64,000 nt of DNA, from assembly GCA_963803805.1 (NCBI GenBank), contig CAWDOD010000003.1, positions 160,001 through 224,000 of the forward strand, given 5' to 3'. This DNA is from an uncultured cyanobacterium. GTDB lineage: Bacteria; Cyanobacteriota; Cyanobacteriia; Cyanobacteriales; CAWCAG01. Below are positions 51,135 through 61,393 of the stretch, one piece after another. The first letter of the stretch is position 1. Every line of letters begins with the position of its first letter. The notes beneath the pieces were generated by a model. That model had not been told where the DNA came from and made no database searches. It saw only the letters and a program-made list of their open reading frames with translations. The position numbers were made by a program, and so were the translations under genes.

Positions 51135-54100
51135 GTGTTTAGAAAGTGTTGGGCGATGGTAGATAAGGTAAGCAAGTATATGTGGGAAATAATTAGAGAA
51201 TTATTTTCGCCAGAGAGATTTATGCCCCATGGTAATTGCTATCTCTGGCAAACTCAATTGGTCTGGCTGCACGTTATTTCTGACAGCTTAATTGCTCTAG
51301 CCTATTATTCCATTCCCGCTATGCTGATCTACTTCGTCCGCAAACGGGAAGATGTACCCTTTCGGGGCATATTTTTCTTATTTGGTGCTTTTATTATCGC
51401 TTGCGGTACAACCCATATCCTAGAAGTATGGACTCTTTGGCATCCCGCTTACTGGCTATCAGGTTTTCTTAAAGCCCTTACAGCTTTCATTTCTTGCTAC
51501 ACAGCTTTAGAGTTGCTCCCTTTAATTCCCCAAGCCCTTGCTTTAACCACTCAGGCTCAACTAGAAGCGATTAACCTCGAATTAGAAGAGCGAGTACAAC
51601 AGCGTACCACAGAATTATACAATTCTCATCAAGAACTAGAGCAAGAAATTGCTGAACGCAAGCAGCAAGAAAAGCGCTTACAGGTTTTAGAAAGGGCTAT
51701 TACGGCTAGCAGTAATGGTATTGTAATCAGCGACGCTACTCAAAAAGACTTACCAATTATTTATCTTAATCCTGCCTTTGAACGCATCACAGGATATTCT
51801 GCCCAGGAAGTTATGGGGAAAAACTGCCGCTTTTTACAAGGAAAAGAAACCGATCAAGAAGCTTTAGAAGCATTACGACTAGCCCTCACTGAAGGCAGAG
51901 AATGTAACGTAGTTCTGCGTAACTATCGCCAAGATGGTAGCTTATTTTGGAATGACCTTTACATTTCTCCGGTTAAAGATCAATCAGGAAAACTCACTCA
52001 TTACATAGGGGTTCAAGCCGATATCACAGAACGTAAACAAGCCCAAGAAGCTTTGCAAGAAAGTGAAGAGAAGTTCCGTCAACTAGCAGAAAACTTAGAA
52101 GAAGTTTTCTGGCTGGTTGATGCTCAAACCAAAGAGATTATTTATGTTAGTCCCAAATGCAATAAAATTTGGGGTTGTAGCTGCAACACTAAACTAACTA
52201 CATCCCAATCTTTTCAAGAATTTATTCACCCTGAAGACAAACAAAGAGTTCAGAGTGCTATTAAATTACACAGTGTAAACGGAGATTATGACCAAGAGTT
52301 TCGCATTGTCCGCCCAGACGGAACAACTTGCTGGATTCATGATCGCGCTTTTCCTGTCAAAAATCAGGCTGGGGAAGTTTATCGCATCGCCGGAATTGCC
52401 GAAGATATTACCACACGGAAGCAATATGAATCTGTCTTAGAACAAGAACGCCAGCAGCTTAGAGAGATTATTACTCAAGCACCAGTAGCAATGGCAATGT
52501 TAGATACTCAAATGCGCTACATAGCTTACAGTAACAAGTTGCTGCAAGATTATAACTTAGGAGATGCAGATCTGCGAGGTCGCAGTCACTATGAAGTTTT
52601 TCCTGATCTTCTTGAAGGTTGGAAAGAAGACTTACAAAAAGTACTCAAAGGAGAGTCCATCTCTTACCCTGAAGATATTTGGCAGCGTGCTGATGGTAGT
52701 GTACTATATCTGCGTTCGGCTCTACATCCTTGGTACACTCCTGACGGTAGCATTGGTGGTGTTGTGATAGTTTCCCACCAAATCAACGAATTGGTAGAAG
52801 CTAGAGAAACTGCTTTAGAAGCCTCGCGAATGAAATCTCAGTTTCTAGCCAATATGAGTCATGAAATCCGTACTCCCATGAATGGGGTTTTGGGAATGAC
52901 AGATTTGTTATTAGAAACTCCCCTGAATGCTCAACAACTTAATTTTGTCCAAACTATTAGCGAAAGTGCTAAAAATCTCCTCTTAATTATTAACGATATT
53001 CTTGACCTTTCCAAGCTAGAAGCAGGGGAAGTGAATATTGAAACTTTTGACTTCAACTTGAGTAACTGTGTAGAAGAAGTAGTAGATTTGTTGGCAGCAG
53101 AAGCTCAAATCAAAGATTTAGGATTATTTACTTTAATTGAAAGTGATGTCTCTTTAGAGTTAAAAGGAGATGGCCGTCGCTTGCGCCAAATTCTTACTAA
53201 CTTAGTAGGTAACGGTATTAAGTTTACCGAAACAGGAGAAGTCATAATTCGCGTTTCTCCTGTGGTAGAAAGTCGCCACAATATTAAACTACGCTTTGAA
53301 GTTAAGGATACAGGTATTGGCATCCCTAAATCTGAGCAAAAGAAACTATTCCAAGCTTTTTCTCAAATTGACATTTCCACAACCCGTACCCACGGTGGTA
53401 CAGGTTTAGGATTAGTAATTTGCAAACAGTTAGTTGAATTGATGGGGGGAGAAATTGGTGTTCAAAGCGAACCAGGTAAAGGTACAACCTTTTGGTTTAC
53501 TGTCCAGTTTACTAAACAAACACCACAAGTTAACTCAAATGCTTTACGGGAACGCCATCTAGATGGTTTAAAACTATTAGTGGTTGATAGCAATACTACT
53601 AGCTATCAAGTAGTTCAGAGTTGTTTGGAGTCCTATAATATTCAAGTTGGAGAAGTTCAAAGTACCCAAGCTGCCATTTCTATACTGCGTCAAGCAGCTT
53701 TAGATAGTAAACCCTATGATGTAGCCCTAGTTGATTTGCAAAGTCCCCAGGTTAATGGAGAAACTCTCGGTCAACTCATTAGGTATGACCCTGTTTTAAA
53801 GAATGTCAAATGGATTGTGATGGTTTCTATCCGTCAGCACGAGGAAGTAAAAAACTTGCTTTGGCAAGGTGCTTCTGACTACCTACTCAAACCAATTAGG
53901 GCTTCTCAATTATTAGATTGTCTTACCAATACTTTCTACCTTAAAAGTAAAAACCCAACTCCGTCTCCTTTTACCTATCGTCACAAACCCCATATTAACC
54001 CTCCCAAAAATCCTCATCTAAAAATTCTCTTAGTTGAAGATACCCCCACTAACCAAAAAGTTTTACTATCTCAATTTGAGATGTTAGGTTATCAAGCTGA

Positions 54101-54848
54101 CTGTGTTGAAGATGGTCAAGCAGCTCTAGAAAGATTATCTGAGCAAAACTACGATCTTGTGTTTATGGATTGTTTAATGCCCATCCTTGATGGTTACAAA
54201 ACAACCCAAGCTATACGGGAAAAAGAAGGTATATCTCGCCATACTACAGTAATTGCTATTACCGCTAATGCCATGAAAGGAGAAAAAGAAAAGTGTTTAA
54301 AGTGGGGAATGGATGATTATATCAGTAAGCCAATTACCTTAGAAATGCTTGCTAGTGTTATTAATCGCTGGTATTCCCATACCATTAACAATAAAGTCTC
54401 CCATAGTTTGGTTTCAAAAGAAACTCATAATTCATCTTCCCAACTAGTTTCTGCTCATCTTAATTTGGGACAAAAAGCTACCAAAACAGCAACAAATACT
54501 CAGGTAATGGTAGATAAACAAACTCCTTTTAATCTGGTTCGTCTTGAAGAAATCTCGCGGGGTAATAAAGACTTCCAAAAAGAGATGATGCAAATTTTCT
54601 TAGAGGATGCCCCAATTTATTTGTACCAAATTAAGCAATCCTTAGAAGAAACTGATCTAGAAAATTTGGCTGTTAATGCCCACCAACTTAAGGGGGCAGC
54701 GGCGATGGTAGCTATAAAAGCAATGCCAGAATTGGCCCTTCAGCTAGAAACAGAGGCCCGCAATCAAGAATTAGAAAAAGCCCCAGAGCTTATTATTCAA
54801 CTAGAGCAAATTTTTGAACAGGTACAGCTCTTTGTAAAAACATTTTGA
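51135..54848 (+). CDS. Hybrid sensor histidine kinase (TM-PAS x3-HisKA-HATPase-REC x2-Hpt)
   Basis: [19 protein letters not shown], two receiver domains, AHQLKG. The first PAS domain has the LOV-type NCRFLQG. Confidence 0.93.
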   Translation: MFRKCWAMVDKVSKYMWEIIRELFSPERFMPHGNCYLWQTQLVWLHVISDSLIALAYYSIPAMLIYFVRKREDVPFRGIFFLFGAFIIACGTTHILEVWTLWHPAYWLSGFLKALTAFISCYTALELLPLIPQALALTTQAQLEAINLELEERVQQRTTELYNSHQELEQEIAERKQQEKRLQVLERAITASSNGIVISDATQKDLPIIYLNPAFERITGYSAQEVMGKNCRFLQGKETDQEALEALRLALTEGRECNVVLRNYRQDGSLFWNDLYISPVKDQSGKLTHYIGVQADITERKQAQEALQESEEKFRQLAENLEEVFWLVDAQTKEIIYVSPKCNKIWGCSCNTKLTTSQSFQEFIHPEDKQRVQSAIKLHSVNGDYDQEFRIVRPDGTTCWIHDRAFPVKNQAGEVYRIAGIAEDITTRKQYESVLEQERQQLREIITQAPVAMAMLDTQMRYIAYSNKLLQDYNLGDADLRGRSHYEVFPDLLEGWKEDLQKVLKGESISYPEDIWQRADGSVLYLRSALHPWYTPDGSIGGVVIVSHQINELVEARETALEASRMKSQFLANMSHEIRTPMNGVLGMTDLLLETPLNAQQLNFVQTISESAKNLLLIINDILDLSKLEAGEVNIETFDFNLSNCVEEVVDLLAAEAQIKDLGLFTLIESDVSLELKGDGRRLRQILTNLVGNGIKFTETGEVIIRVSPVVESRHNIKLRFEVKDTGIGIPKSEQKKLFQAFSQIDISTTRTHGGTGLGLVICKQLVELMGGEIGVQSEPGKGTTFWFTVQFTKQTPQVNSNALRERHLDGLKLLVVDSNTTSYQVVQSCLESYNIQVGEVQSTQAAISILRQAALDSKPYDVALVDLQSPQVNGETLGQLIRYDPVLKNVKWIVMVSIRQHEEVKNLLWQGASDYLLKPIRASQLLDCLTNTFYLKSKNPTPSPFTYRHKPHINPPKNPHLKILLVEDTPTNQKVLLSQFEMLGYQADCVEDGQAALERLSEQNYDLVFMDCLMPILDGYKTTQAIREKEGISRHTTVIAITANAMKGEKEKCLKWGMDDYISKPITLEMLASVINRWYSHTINNKVSHSLVSKETHNSSSQLVSAHLNLGQKATKTATNTQVMVDKQTPFNLVRLEEISRGNKDFQKEMMQIFLEDAPIYLYQIKQSLEETDLENLAVNAHQLKGAAAMVAIKAMPELALQLETEARNQELEKAPELIIQLEQIFEQVQLFVKTF

Positions 54849-55130
54849 TCCCTCTACTTAAGCCATAATAGTAAGAGAACAATATCCAGTGGGTGCATCT
54901 TCAGCTTGTTTAGATCTTGTGGCCAATTTCGGCTTGATTCAAAGGGATTAATTGTCTAAGAACATCTATTTTAATTAACAGCTATTAATAGCAGATGTAG
55001 ATTAATAAAATTACTATCCCCAAGATGATATTTAATCCGGATAAAGGCTACAGAGAAAGAAAAATATAAGACTTGGATTGTACAGTAGAGACAAACTGCA
55101 ATCTAATTCTCTACCCACCAACTGGTAACT

Positions 55131-56195
55131 ATGTCAAAAATTCTCGTAGTCGAAGACGATCGAGTGACCCGGCTATTCCTCAAAAGAGATTTGGAAAGAG
55201 AAGGATATGATGTCACTGTAGCTGAAAATGGTGCAGAAGGACTCCAATTGGCAAAAAAGTTGCAGCCAGGGGTGATAATTTCTGATTGGATTATGCCCAT
55301 TGTGGATGGTATGGAAGTCTGTCGCCGGGTAAAAGCTGATGAGATTTTGAGAAGTGCTTTTTTTATTTTGCTTACTTCCCAAGAGTCAGTAGATCATCGG
55401 GTACAGGGGTTAGATGCTGGGGCTGATGAGTTTTTGGCTAAACCTATTGATCCTAACGAATTACTGGCCAGGGTTAGGGTAGGATTGCGGCAGTACGAAT
55501 TGATTCAACAACTGAAGCGAACCAACGAACAATTAAACTGCGAAAGAGAAAAGTCTGAGCGTTTATTGCTACATATTTTACCAAAGACTATTGCCGAACA
55601 GTTAAAAGAGTATCAAGGTTCTTTGGCTGAACGCTTCCAGGATTCAACGGTGCTTTTCGCCGATATTGTCGGTTTTACTCCTTTTTCAGCCCAAATTTCC
55701 CCTTTAGAATTAGTTAGCGTACTCAATACAATTTTTTCTCAGTTTGACCAACTTGCAGAAAAACACGGTTTAGAAAAGATTAAAACCATTGGCGATGCTT
55801 ATATGGTAGCAGGAGGATTGCCTGTAGCTAGACCAGATCATGCTCAGGCGATCGCCGCTATGGCTTTAGATATGCAAAAGGCGATCTCGAAAATTCCTAA
55901 CCACAAGCAGGAGAGTTTTACTATTCGTATCGGTATTCATAGTGGTCCAGTAGTAGCGGGAGTAATTGGCGTTACCAAGTTTATTTACGATCTTTGGGGA
56001 GATACAGTTAATGTGGCTTCCCGTATGGAATCTTCAGGGGTTTCTAGCAAAATTCAAGTTACTGAAACGACTTATAATCTCTGCCGCGATCATTATGTGT
56101 TTGAAAAGCGTGGTGAAATTGAGGTTAAAGGTAAAGGCAAGATGACTACTTATTGGTTGATTGGGAAAATAGAGGATGATGAGGAGACAGGGTGA
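55131..56195 (+). CDS. Response regulator fused to class III adenylate/guanylate cyclase
   Basis: REC domain; FADIVGFT, KIKTIGDAYM, YDLWGDTVN.ASRME. Confidence 0.93.
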   Translation: MSKILVVEDDRVTRLFLKRDLEREGYDVTVAENGAEGLQLAKKLQPGVIISDWIMPIVDGMEVCRRVKADEILRSAFFILLTSQESVDHRVQGLDAGADEFLAKPIDPNELLARVRVGLRQYELIQQLKRTNEQLNCEREKSERLLLHILPKTIAEQLKEYQGSLAERFQDSTVLFADIVGFTPFSAQISPLELVSVLNTIFSQFDQLAEKHGLEKIKTIGDAYMVAGGLPVARPDHAQAIAAMALDMQKAISKIPNHKQESFTIRIGIHSGPVVAGVIGVTKFIYDLWGDTVNVASRMESSGVSSKIQVTETTYNLCRDHYVFEKRGEIEVKGKGKMTTYWLIGKIEDDEETG

Positions 56196-56331
56196 GTAAT
56201 CATGCTATTACCTACTCCCTACTCCCTTCTTAAGAAAAGAGAGAGCTATCATTGCCCTCTCGTTTTATTTTTAAAGGTATTTCAACAAGGTTTACTATCA
56301 ACATACTCAGTCTATTGATTGAGTATGTCTA

Positions 56332-56592
<261 letters not shown>

Positions 56593-56978
56593 TTACCGAG
56601 TGTTCTCCATTCTTTGACATACCTACACTTCTCTTTCATTCGGAATGCTCCGCGAAGGAGTGAGTGTTGATTTCTCAGGGACTCTTCACATTGAAGACAT
56701 TATCTGAGCTTTTAAGCCCTATGCCCTAGGGACTTTGGAATCAAGTGCTAGTTTACCGCAGTGCTATTAGCTCAATATGGAAAAGGTTATATAACTTTAA
56801 ATTCTATTACTAGTTAGGGCAGGTATTAGGCTATAGGGACTAGGAACTAGTAAATAGAAAAAGGTGTAGGTAAAACCGTATTTTTTCTGGTGGTTTTACC
56901 CAATGTTAGGTTTAGTTTGTCTAGGTCATTATAGGTAATGTAACAACTAAGAGTTAAACAATAAAAAGAGGAATTACT

Positions 56979-57527
56979 ATGACGTTACTTCGTTGGCAAC
57001 CTTTCTCAGAAATAGCTACTTTACAACAGCAACTAGATAGAATATTTGACGATTTTGTTAATATTGATTATCCCCAAGAAAGAAAAAATACTTGGCAACC
57101 AGCCGTGGAATTACAAGAAAACGAAACTAATTTTGTACTTAGAGCCGTTATTCCTGGGGTGGCAGCAGAAGATTTAGATGTTCAAGTTAGTCGCGATCGC
57201 ATCGTTATTAAAGGAGAACATCGTTATGACCAAAAAGAGGCTTTATACAGTGAGTTTCGCTATGGCAGCTTTGAGCGGACTTTAGCTTTGCCAGCTAAGG
57301 TAGAAAATGAGCAAGTTGAAGCTGAGTTTACCAACGGCATTCTTACCCTCACTTTACCTAAATTAGAAGTACCTAAAAATAGCGTCTTTAAAGTAAACCT
57401 AACTGCATCTTCCGGAAAGCTAGAAGCACCTCAAGAGGAAGCCGTTAAGGAAGAAAAGGCTGAGGTAAAAGATGCAGATTCTTTACAAGAAGATGTTTGG
57501 GATTCAGAAGAAGAGTTGGTAGCTTAA
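56979..57527 (+). CDS. Hsp20/alpha-crystallin small heat-shock protein
   Basis: SEFRYGSFER, A.F.NGILTLTLPK. Confidence 0.93.
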   Translation: MTLLRWQPFSEIATLQQQLDRIFDDFVNIDYPQERKNTWQPAVELQENETNFVLRAVIPGVAAEDLDVQVSRDRIVIKGEHRYDQKEALYSEFRYGSFERTLALPAKVENEQVEAEFTNGILTLTLPKLEVPKNSVFKVNLTASSGKLEAPQEEAVKEEKAEVKDADSLQEDVWDSEEELVA

Positions 57528-57586
57528 GGTTCTATTCAGAAACGAAAAACCCAAGGTATTATTCCAATAATTGCTGAAAAACAAGT

Positions 57587-57617
57587 TACTGCTGAGCATA
57601 ACTCAGCAGTATTTTTT
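57587..57617 (+). terminator. Intrinsic terminator
   Basis: TACTGCTGAG-CATAA-CTCAGCAGTA followed by T6. Confidence 0.75.
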
Positions 57618-57739
57618 ATAGTGTTTCTCAGACTTATGAGATACTTATTTTTCCCTTTACCCCAGCCGAGAGAATATCTACCTCAACAAGAGCGAGAATT
57701 GCTATATTAATTATTTCAACCTAAAGCAAATCTGGCTAT

Positions 57740-57955
57740 CTAAGCTAAGCGCCAATCATCACTTGCTGTATTTAATATATTGCTTAAGATCCCATGAGCG
57801 TGTTCTAAAGGAAAATGCCTCGGTTTGCCGTTGATCACAAGCTGATATTCATTACTATATTGTCCGTCGCCATAACCAGAAACTAAGTGCTTCTCAAAGG
57901 CTTGTTCTGCTAGCTGTCTAACTTGCTCTCTTAGGTTTGTTTTTGTAATATTCAT
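57740..57955 (-). CDS. Small hypothetical protein
   Basis: 71-aa ORF with an AAGGGTG ribosome-binding-like site. Confidence 0.65.
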   Translation of the reverse strand: MNITKTNLREQVRQLAEQAFEKHLVSGYGDGQYSNEYQLVINGKPRHFPLEHAHGILSNILNTASDDWRLA

Positions 57956-58110
57956 GGTTTATTCACCCTTATTAGTTGGATGTTTCTAAACTTGTCATGA
58001 CAGATGTTTGCGGCGGGACTAGCAACCCGAACAGGACACTTTTCCCAGATGGTGCAGACATTTCCTTTTTATTTTTCCAAAAGTTAGATTTTTTTCTATC
58101 TACCAAAAGT

Positions 58111-58126
58111 TGTATTTTTTGATACA
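58111..58126. promoter_or_regulatory. NtcA consensus site
   Basis: TGTA-TTTTTTGA-TACA, intergenic. Confidence 0.6.
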
Positions 58127-58165
58127 GAAAAATAGTTTGTTTAGCTATAAAGACTTATTTCCTAG

Positions 58166-58399
58166 TTAAGGCAACTTTAGCCAAGCTTGAGTAACTACCT
58201 TACTTAACCAACGACGTTGTACTTGATCGAGGAGGGTATCTTCTTGTAGTACTTCCTCTGTTAACTGATCCAAAGATTTCCCTTGGGAACGAGCAATTTT
58301 AACTACTCCGGCGATCGCTGTAGCTATTAATTCTTCATCAATGGGATTTTGCCGCAGAGCAATAATTTCTTCTGGACTAGCCGGAATGGGATAATTCAT
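58166..58399 (-). CDS. Small hypothetical protein
   Basis: 77-aa ORF filling the intergenic space. Confidence 0.7.
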   Translation of the reverse strand: MNYPIPASPEEIIALRQNPIDEELIATAIAGVVKIARSQGKSLDQLTEEVLQEDTLLDQVQRRWLSKVVTQAWLKLP

Positions 58400-58558
58400 T
58401 GTTGAGTCACCTTTACACCCAAAATATTTACAAATATGAGTTTAATGTTAAGTTTCTTAAAGCAATTTTAATTATTTCAGTATTGGGAAGTGTAGCGTAC
58501 TTTGGCTTAAAGTCAACTAGCCATTGCAAGTATTTAATCTTTAATTTATGTACCTAAA

Positions 58559-60553
58559 ATGAAAGAAATTCTTTACATAGAAGTTCCTACTCCAGATATA
58601 GCGGCTGTAAGGTTGTGGTTGCAGGAGAAATGGCAGCCCTCTCAAGGAAAAAAAATCTCAACATCTAATGGCATTCGTTTATATTTTTTTCCTGAATCAG
58701 AACTATCAATTTTTGTTTGGTCTGTACAACGAACTACCTATTTAAAAATGTTTCGTTGGGGACAAACTTCGATTCCTCAAGAACATACAATTTGTCAATC
58801 CTTGATTACGGATTTAAGAACTAGTTTTCCTTGTCAATATCCTGCTCCTCCAGAAATTAATTTAGCAGAGCAATCTATTTTTGAAGCCTTAGCATCCCAC
58901 TATCCCCTAACTGTCAAATTCTTCCAAAAGATTCCCAATGGAGAATCTGATCTGCAACGGGCTTATTGGTGGGAAAAAAGCTGGCGAGAGAATGTCAACA
59001 AGCCCCAAACACCTAAACAAGTTATCTTTCGCACTGCTGATGCTTCTCAATCTACTGTTGCTAACTATGACCTCATTTATATTGGTGGCGCTTTAGGAGT
59101 CATTCACGCCGCAGTTATGGCGCAATTGGGCTATAAAATACTGCTCGTGGAACGGTTGCCTTTTGGCAAAATGAATCGGGAGTGGAATATTTCCCGAAGT
59201 GAGTTTCAAAGTTTAATTAATTTAGGTTTATTTACCCAAGAAGAATTTGCAAGTCTGATTGCCAAAGAATATAAAGACGGTTTTAATAAGTTTTTTGATG
59301 GCAGCCTTCCTCCTCATCTTCAAGCCAAAGTTTTACACACCCCCACCGTTTTAAATATTGCCCTCAACTCAGAGCAACTGCTGTATTTGTGTGGGCAAAA
59401 ACTGCGTCAAGGGGGGGGGGAAATTTGGGACGAAACGGAATTTGTGCGGGCTGAGGTGGGGACAAAACAGGTAAATATTCAACTTACTCACTTACCCACA
59501 CAAAAAGCAAAACAAGCTCAAGGGCGCCTATTAATAGATGCGATGGGCAGTGCTTCTCCTATTGCTTGGCAACTTAATGGTACTCGCGCTTTTGATAGCG
59601 TTTGTCCTACTGTAGGGGCAGTGGTAGAGAGCGGTTTTGCCCCGGAAGTTTGGGATAGTGACTATGGTGATGTTTTGAATTCTCACGGAGATATTTCCAG
59701 GGGAAGACAATTAATTTGGGAGTTATTTCCGGGGGCAAATAACGAACTTACTATCTATCTATTTCATTATCATCAAGTCCATCCTGATAACCCTGGCTCT
59801 TTATTAGAAATGTATGAAGATTTCTTTACAATTCTGCCAGAGTATCGTCGTTGTCATGTGGAGCAGTTGGTTTGGAAAAAGGCGACTTTTGGTTATATTC
59901 CTGGACATTTTAGTTTAGGGAGTCGCGATCGCACTGTTGCCTTTGATCGTCTGTTAGCCATTGGTGATGCGGCTTCTCTTCAGTCTCCTTTAGTGTTTAC
60001 AGGTTTTGGTTCTTTGGTACGTAATTTAGAACGCTTAACAAATTTGCTTCATACTGCTCTACAACACAACTTACTCAGTGCCAAAGATTTGAATCAGATC
60101 CGAGCTTACCAAAGTAATGTTGCTGTTACCTGGCTCTTTTCTAAGGGTATGATGGTTCCCACCGGGAAAAGCTTACCTCCCCAACGCATCAACGGAATGC
60201 TGAATACTTTCTTCGGACTTTTAGCTAACGAACCCCCAGAAGTAGCAGATACTTTCATCAAAGATAAAATCAACTGGTTAACTTTCAACCGTTTAGCCCT
60301 CAAAGCAGCAAAAATGAACCCTAACTTGTTGTGGTGGATTTGGTTACAAGCTGGTACAAAAGATTTATTGCGTTGGTTAGGGACTTATTTATCTTTTACC
60401 ATCGATTCACTAATTAGCTGGCTATTTAAAGGTTGGTTTCCCAGCTTACTTAATCGTTTACAACCTTACCTAGAAAAAAAATATCCTTCCCTTTGGTTGC
60501 GCTTGCTCAGTTTTAACTACAGTTTGACAGCAGTATTGAAAACCAATATCTAA
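58559..60553 (+). CDS. cruA: Flavin-dependent CruA-type lycopene cyclase
   Basis: GGALG, REWNIS, DAMG..SPI, GDAASLQSPL.FTGFG; the 664-aa length with N-terminal extension fits CruA rather than CruP. Confidence 0.75.
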   Translation: MKEILYIEVPTPDIAAVRLWLQEKWQPSQGKKISTSNGIRLYFFPESELSIFVWSVQRTTYLKMFRWGQTSIPQEHTICQSLITDLRTSFPCQYPAPPEINLAEQSIFEALASHYPLTVKFFQKIPNGESDLQRAYWWEKSWRENVNKPQTPKQVIFRTADASQSTVANYDLIYIGGALGVIHAAVMAQLGYKILLVERLPFGKMNREWNISRSEFQSLINLGLFTQEEFASLIAKEYKDGFNKFFDGSLPPHLQAKVLHTPTVLNIALNSEQLLYLCGQKLRQGGGEIWDETEFVRAEVGTKQVNIQLTHLPTQKAKQAQGRLLIDAMGSASPIAWQLNGTRAFDSVCPTVGAVVESGFAPEVWDSDYGDVLNSHGDISRGRQLIWELFPGANNELTIYLFHYHQVHPDNPGSLLEMYEDFFTILPEYRRCHVEQLVWKKATFGYIPGHFSLGSRDRTVAFDRLLAIGDAASLQSPLVFTGFGSLVRNLERLTNLLHTALQHNLLSAKDLNQIRAYQSNVAVTWLFSKGMMVPTGKSLPPQRINGMLNTFFGLLANEPPEVADTFIKDKINWLTFNRLALKAAKMNPNLLWWIWLQAGTKDLLRWLGTYLSFTIDSLISWLFKGWFPSLLNRLQPYLEKKYPSLWLRLLSFNYSLTAVLKTNI

Positions 60554-60910
60554 AAATAAAGCTAGCTTTACCCAGGATGGTTAACCAGGCATCCTGGCCA
60601 AAGCTCTGATTCAAGCTACAATAAAAAGGAAGAATATTCGTAGAGAAGTCAGACTTCGCTTTATAGGTAGCAAATATCGGCTGAAATAGCCTTTCTTGGT
60701 GCGCTACAGCTACCCTAATGCAGTTAAAGATGGGTTTTGGTTAATTTCTAGTGCTGCAAATACCTTGAAGCTAATGCAGATTCAAGTTATGTTGCTGTTT
60801 TGCAAAGGTTATTTGTATTTAGTGAGAAAAAAGTCTAGACCTTACTTGGTCTGAGAAATAACGCTGAGTATAGTTATTTCATTTCACAATAATTAAAGAG
60901 AAAAAGAGCA

Positions 60911-61393
60911 ATGGTTGACCCTATATCGGTAATTGCTGGAGCCATTACTTCTCTAATTCTGCCCAAGGCAGTAGAGAAGGTAGGTGAAAAACTTGGTGAA
61001 GCGACTCTGGAGAAAAGTGGAGCAATAATCCAAGCTGCACGCCAATCTGTTCAAAATAAGCTGGAACAAGTAAATAGCTCAGGACTATTAAAAAGAGCTG
61101 AAAAAAATCCAACAAAGCATAATATTCAAGTCTTGGAAGCGGAAATTATTGGACAAATGGAAGATGACTCAGAATTTGCAGAACAGCTACAAGCTTTAGT
61201 GAATCAAGTACAGGCTCAGTCTTCATCTCTCCAAATGTTTATAAATGGATTACGGGCTAAAAATTTTGAATTAGAAAAACTAAAGCAGGTAAGTGAGAAC
61301 AAAGGAAAGTCTGAACAGATTGTAGGGCAAAACTGGCAAGTCCAGAATCTCAAGATTAGTGATGTATCAATGGAGTCTAGCGATGACAGTTAA
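60911..61393 (+). CDS. Small helical protein (Bell/HeLo-like candidate) with two C-terminal pseudo-repeats
   Basis: MVDPISVIAGAI hydrophobic N-terminus, KA.EK.GEKLGE, D.EFAEQLQALV, followed by two 21-aa repeats. Confidence 0.7.
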   Translation: MVDPISVIAGAITSLILPKAVEKVGEKLGEATLEKSGAIIQAARQSVQNKLEQVNSSGLLKRAEKNPTKHNIQVLEAEIIGQMEDDSEFAEQLQALVNQVQAQSSSLQMFINGLRAKNFELEKLKQVSENKGKSEQIVGQNWQVQNLKISDVSMESSDDS

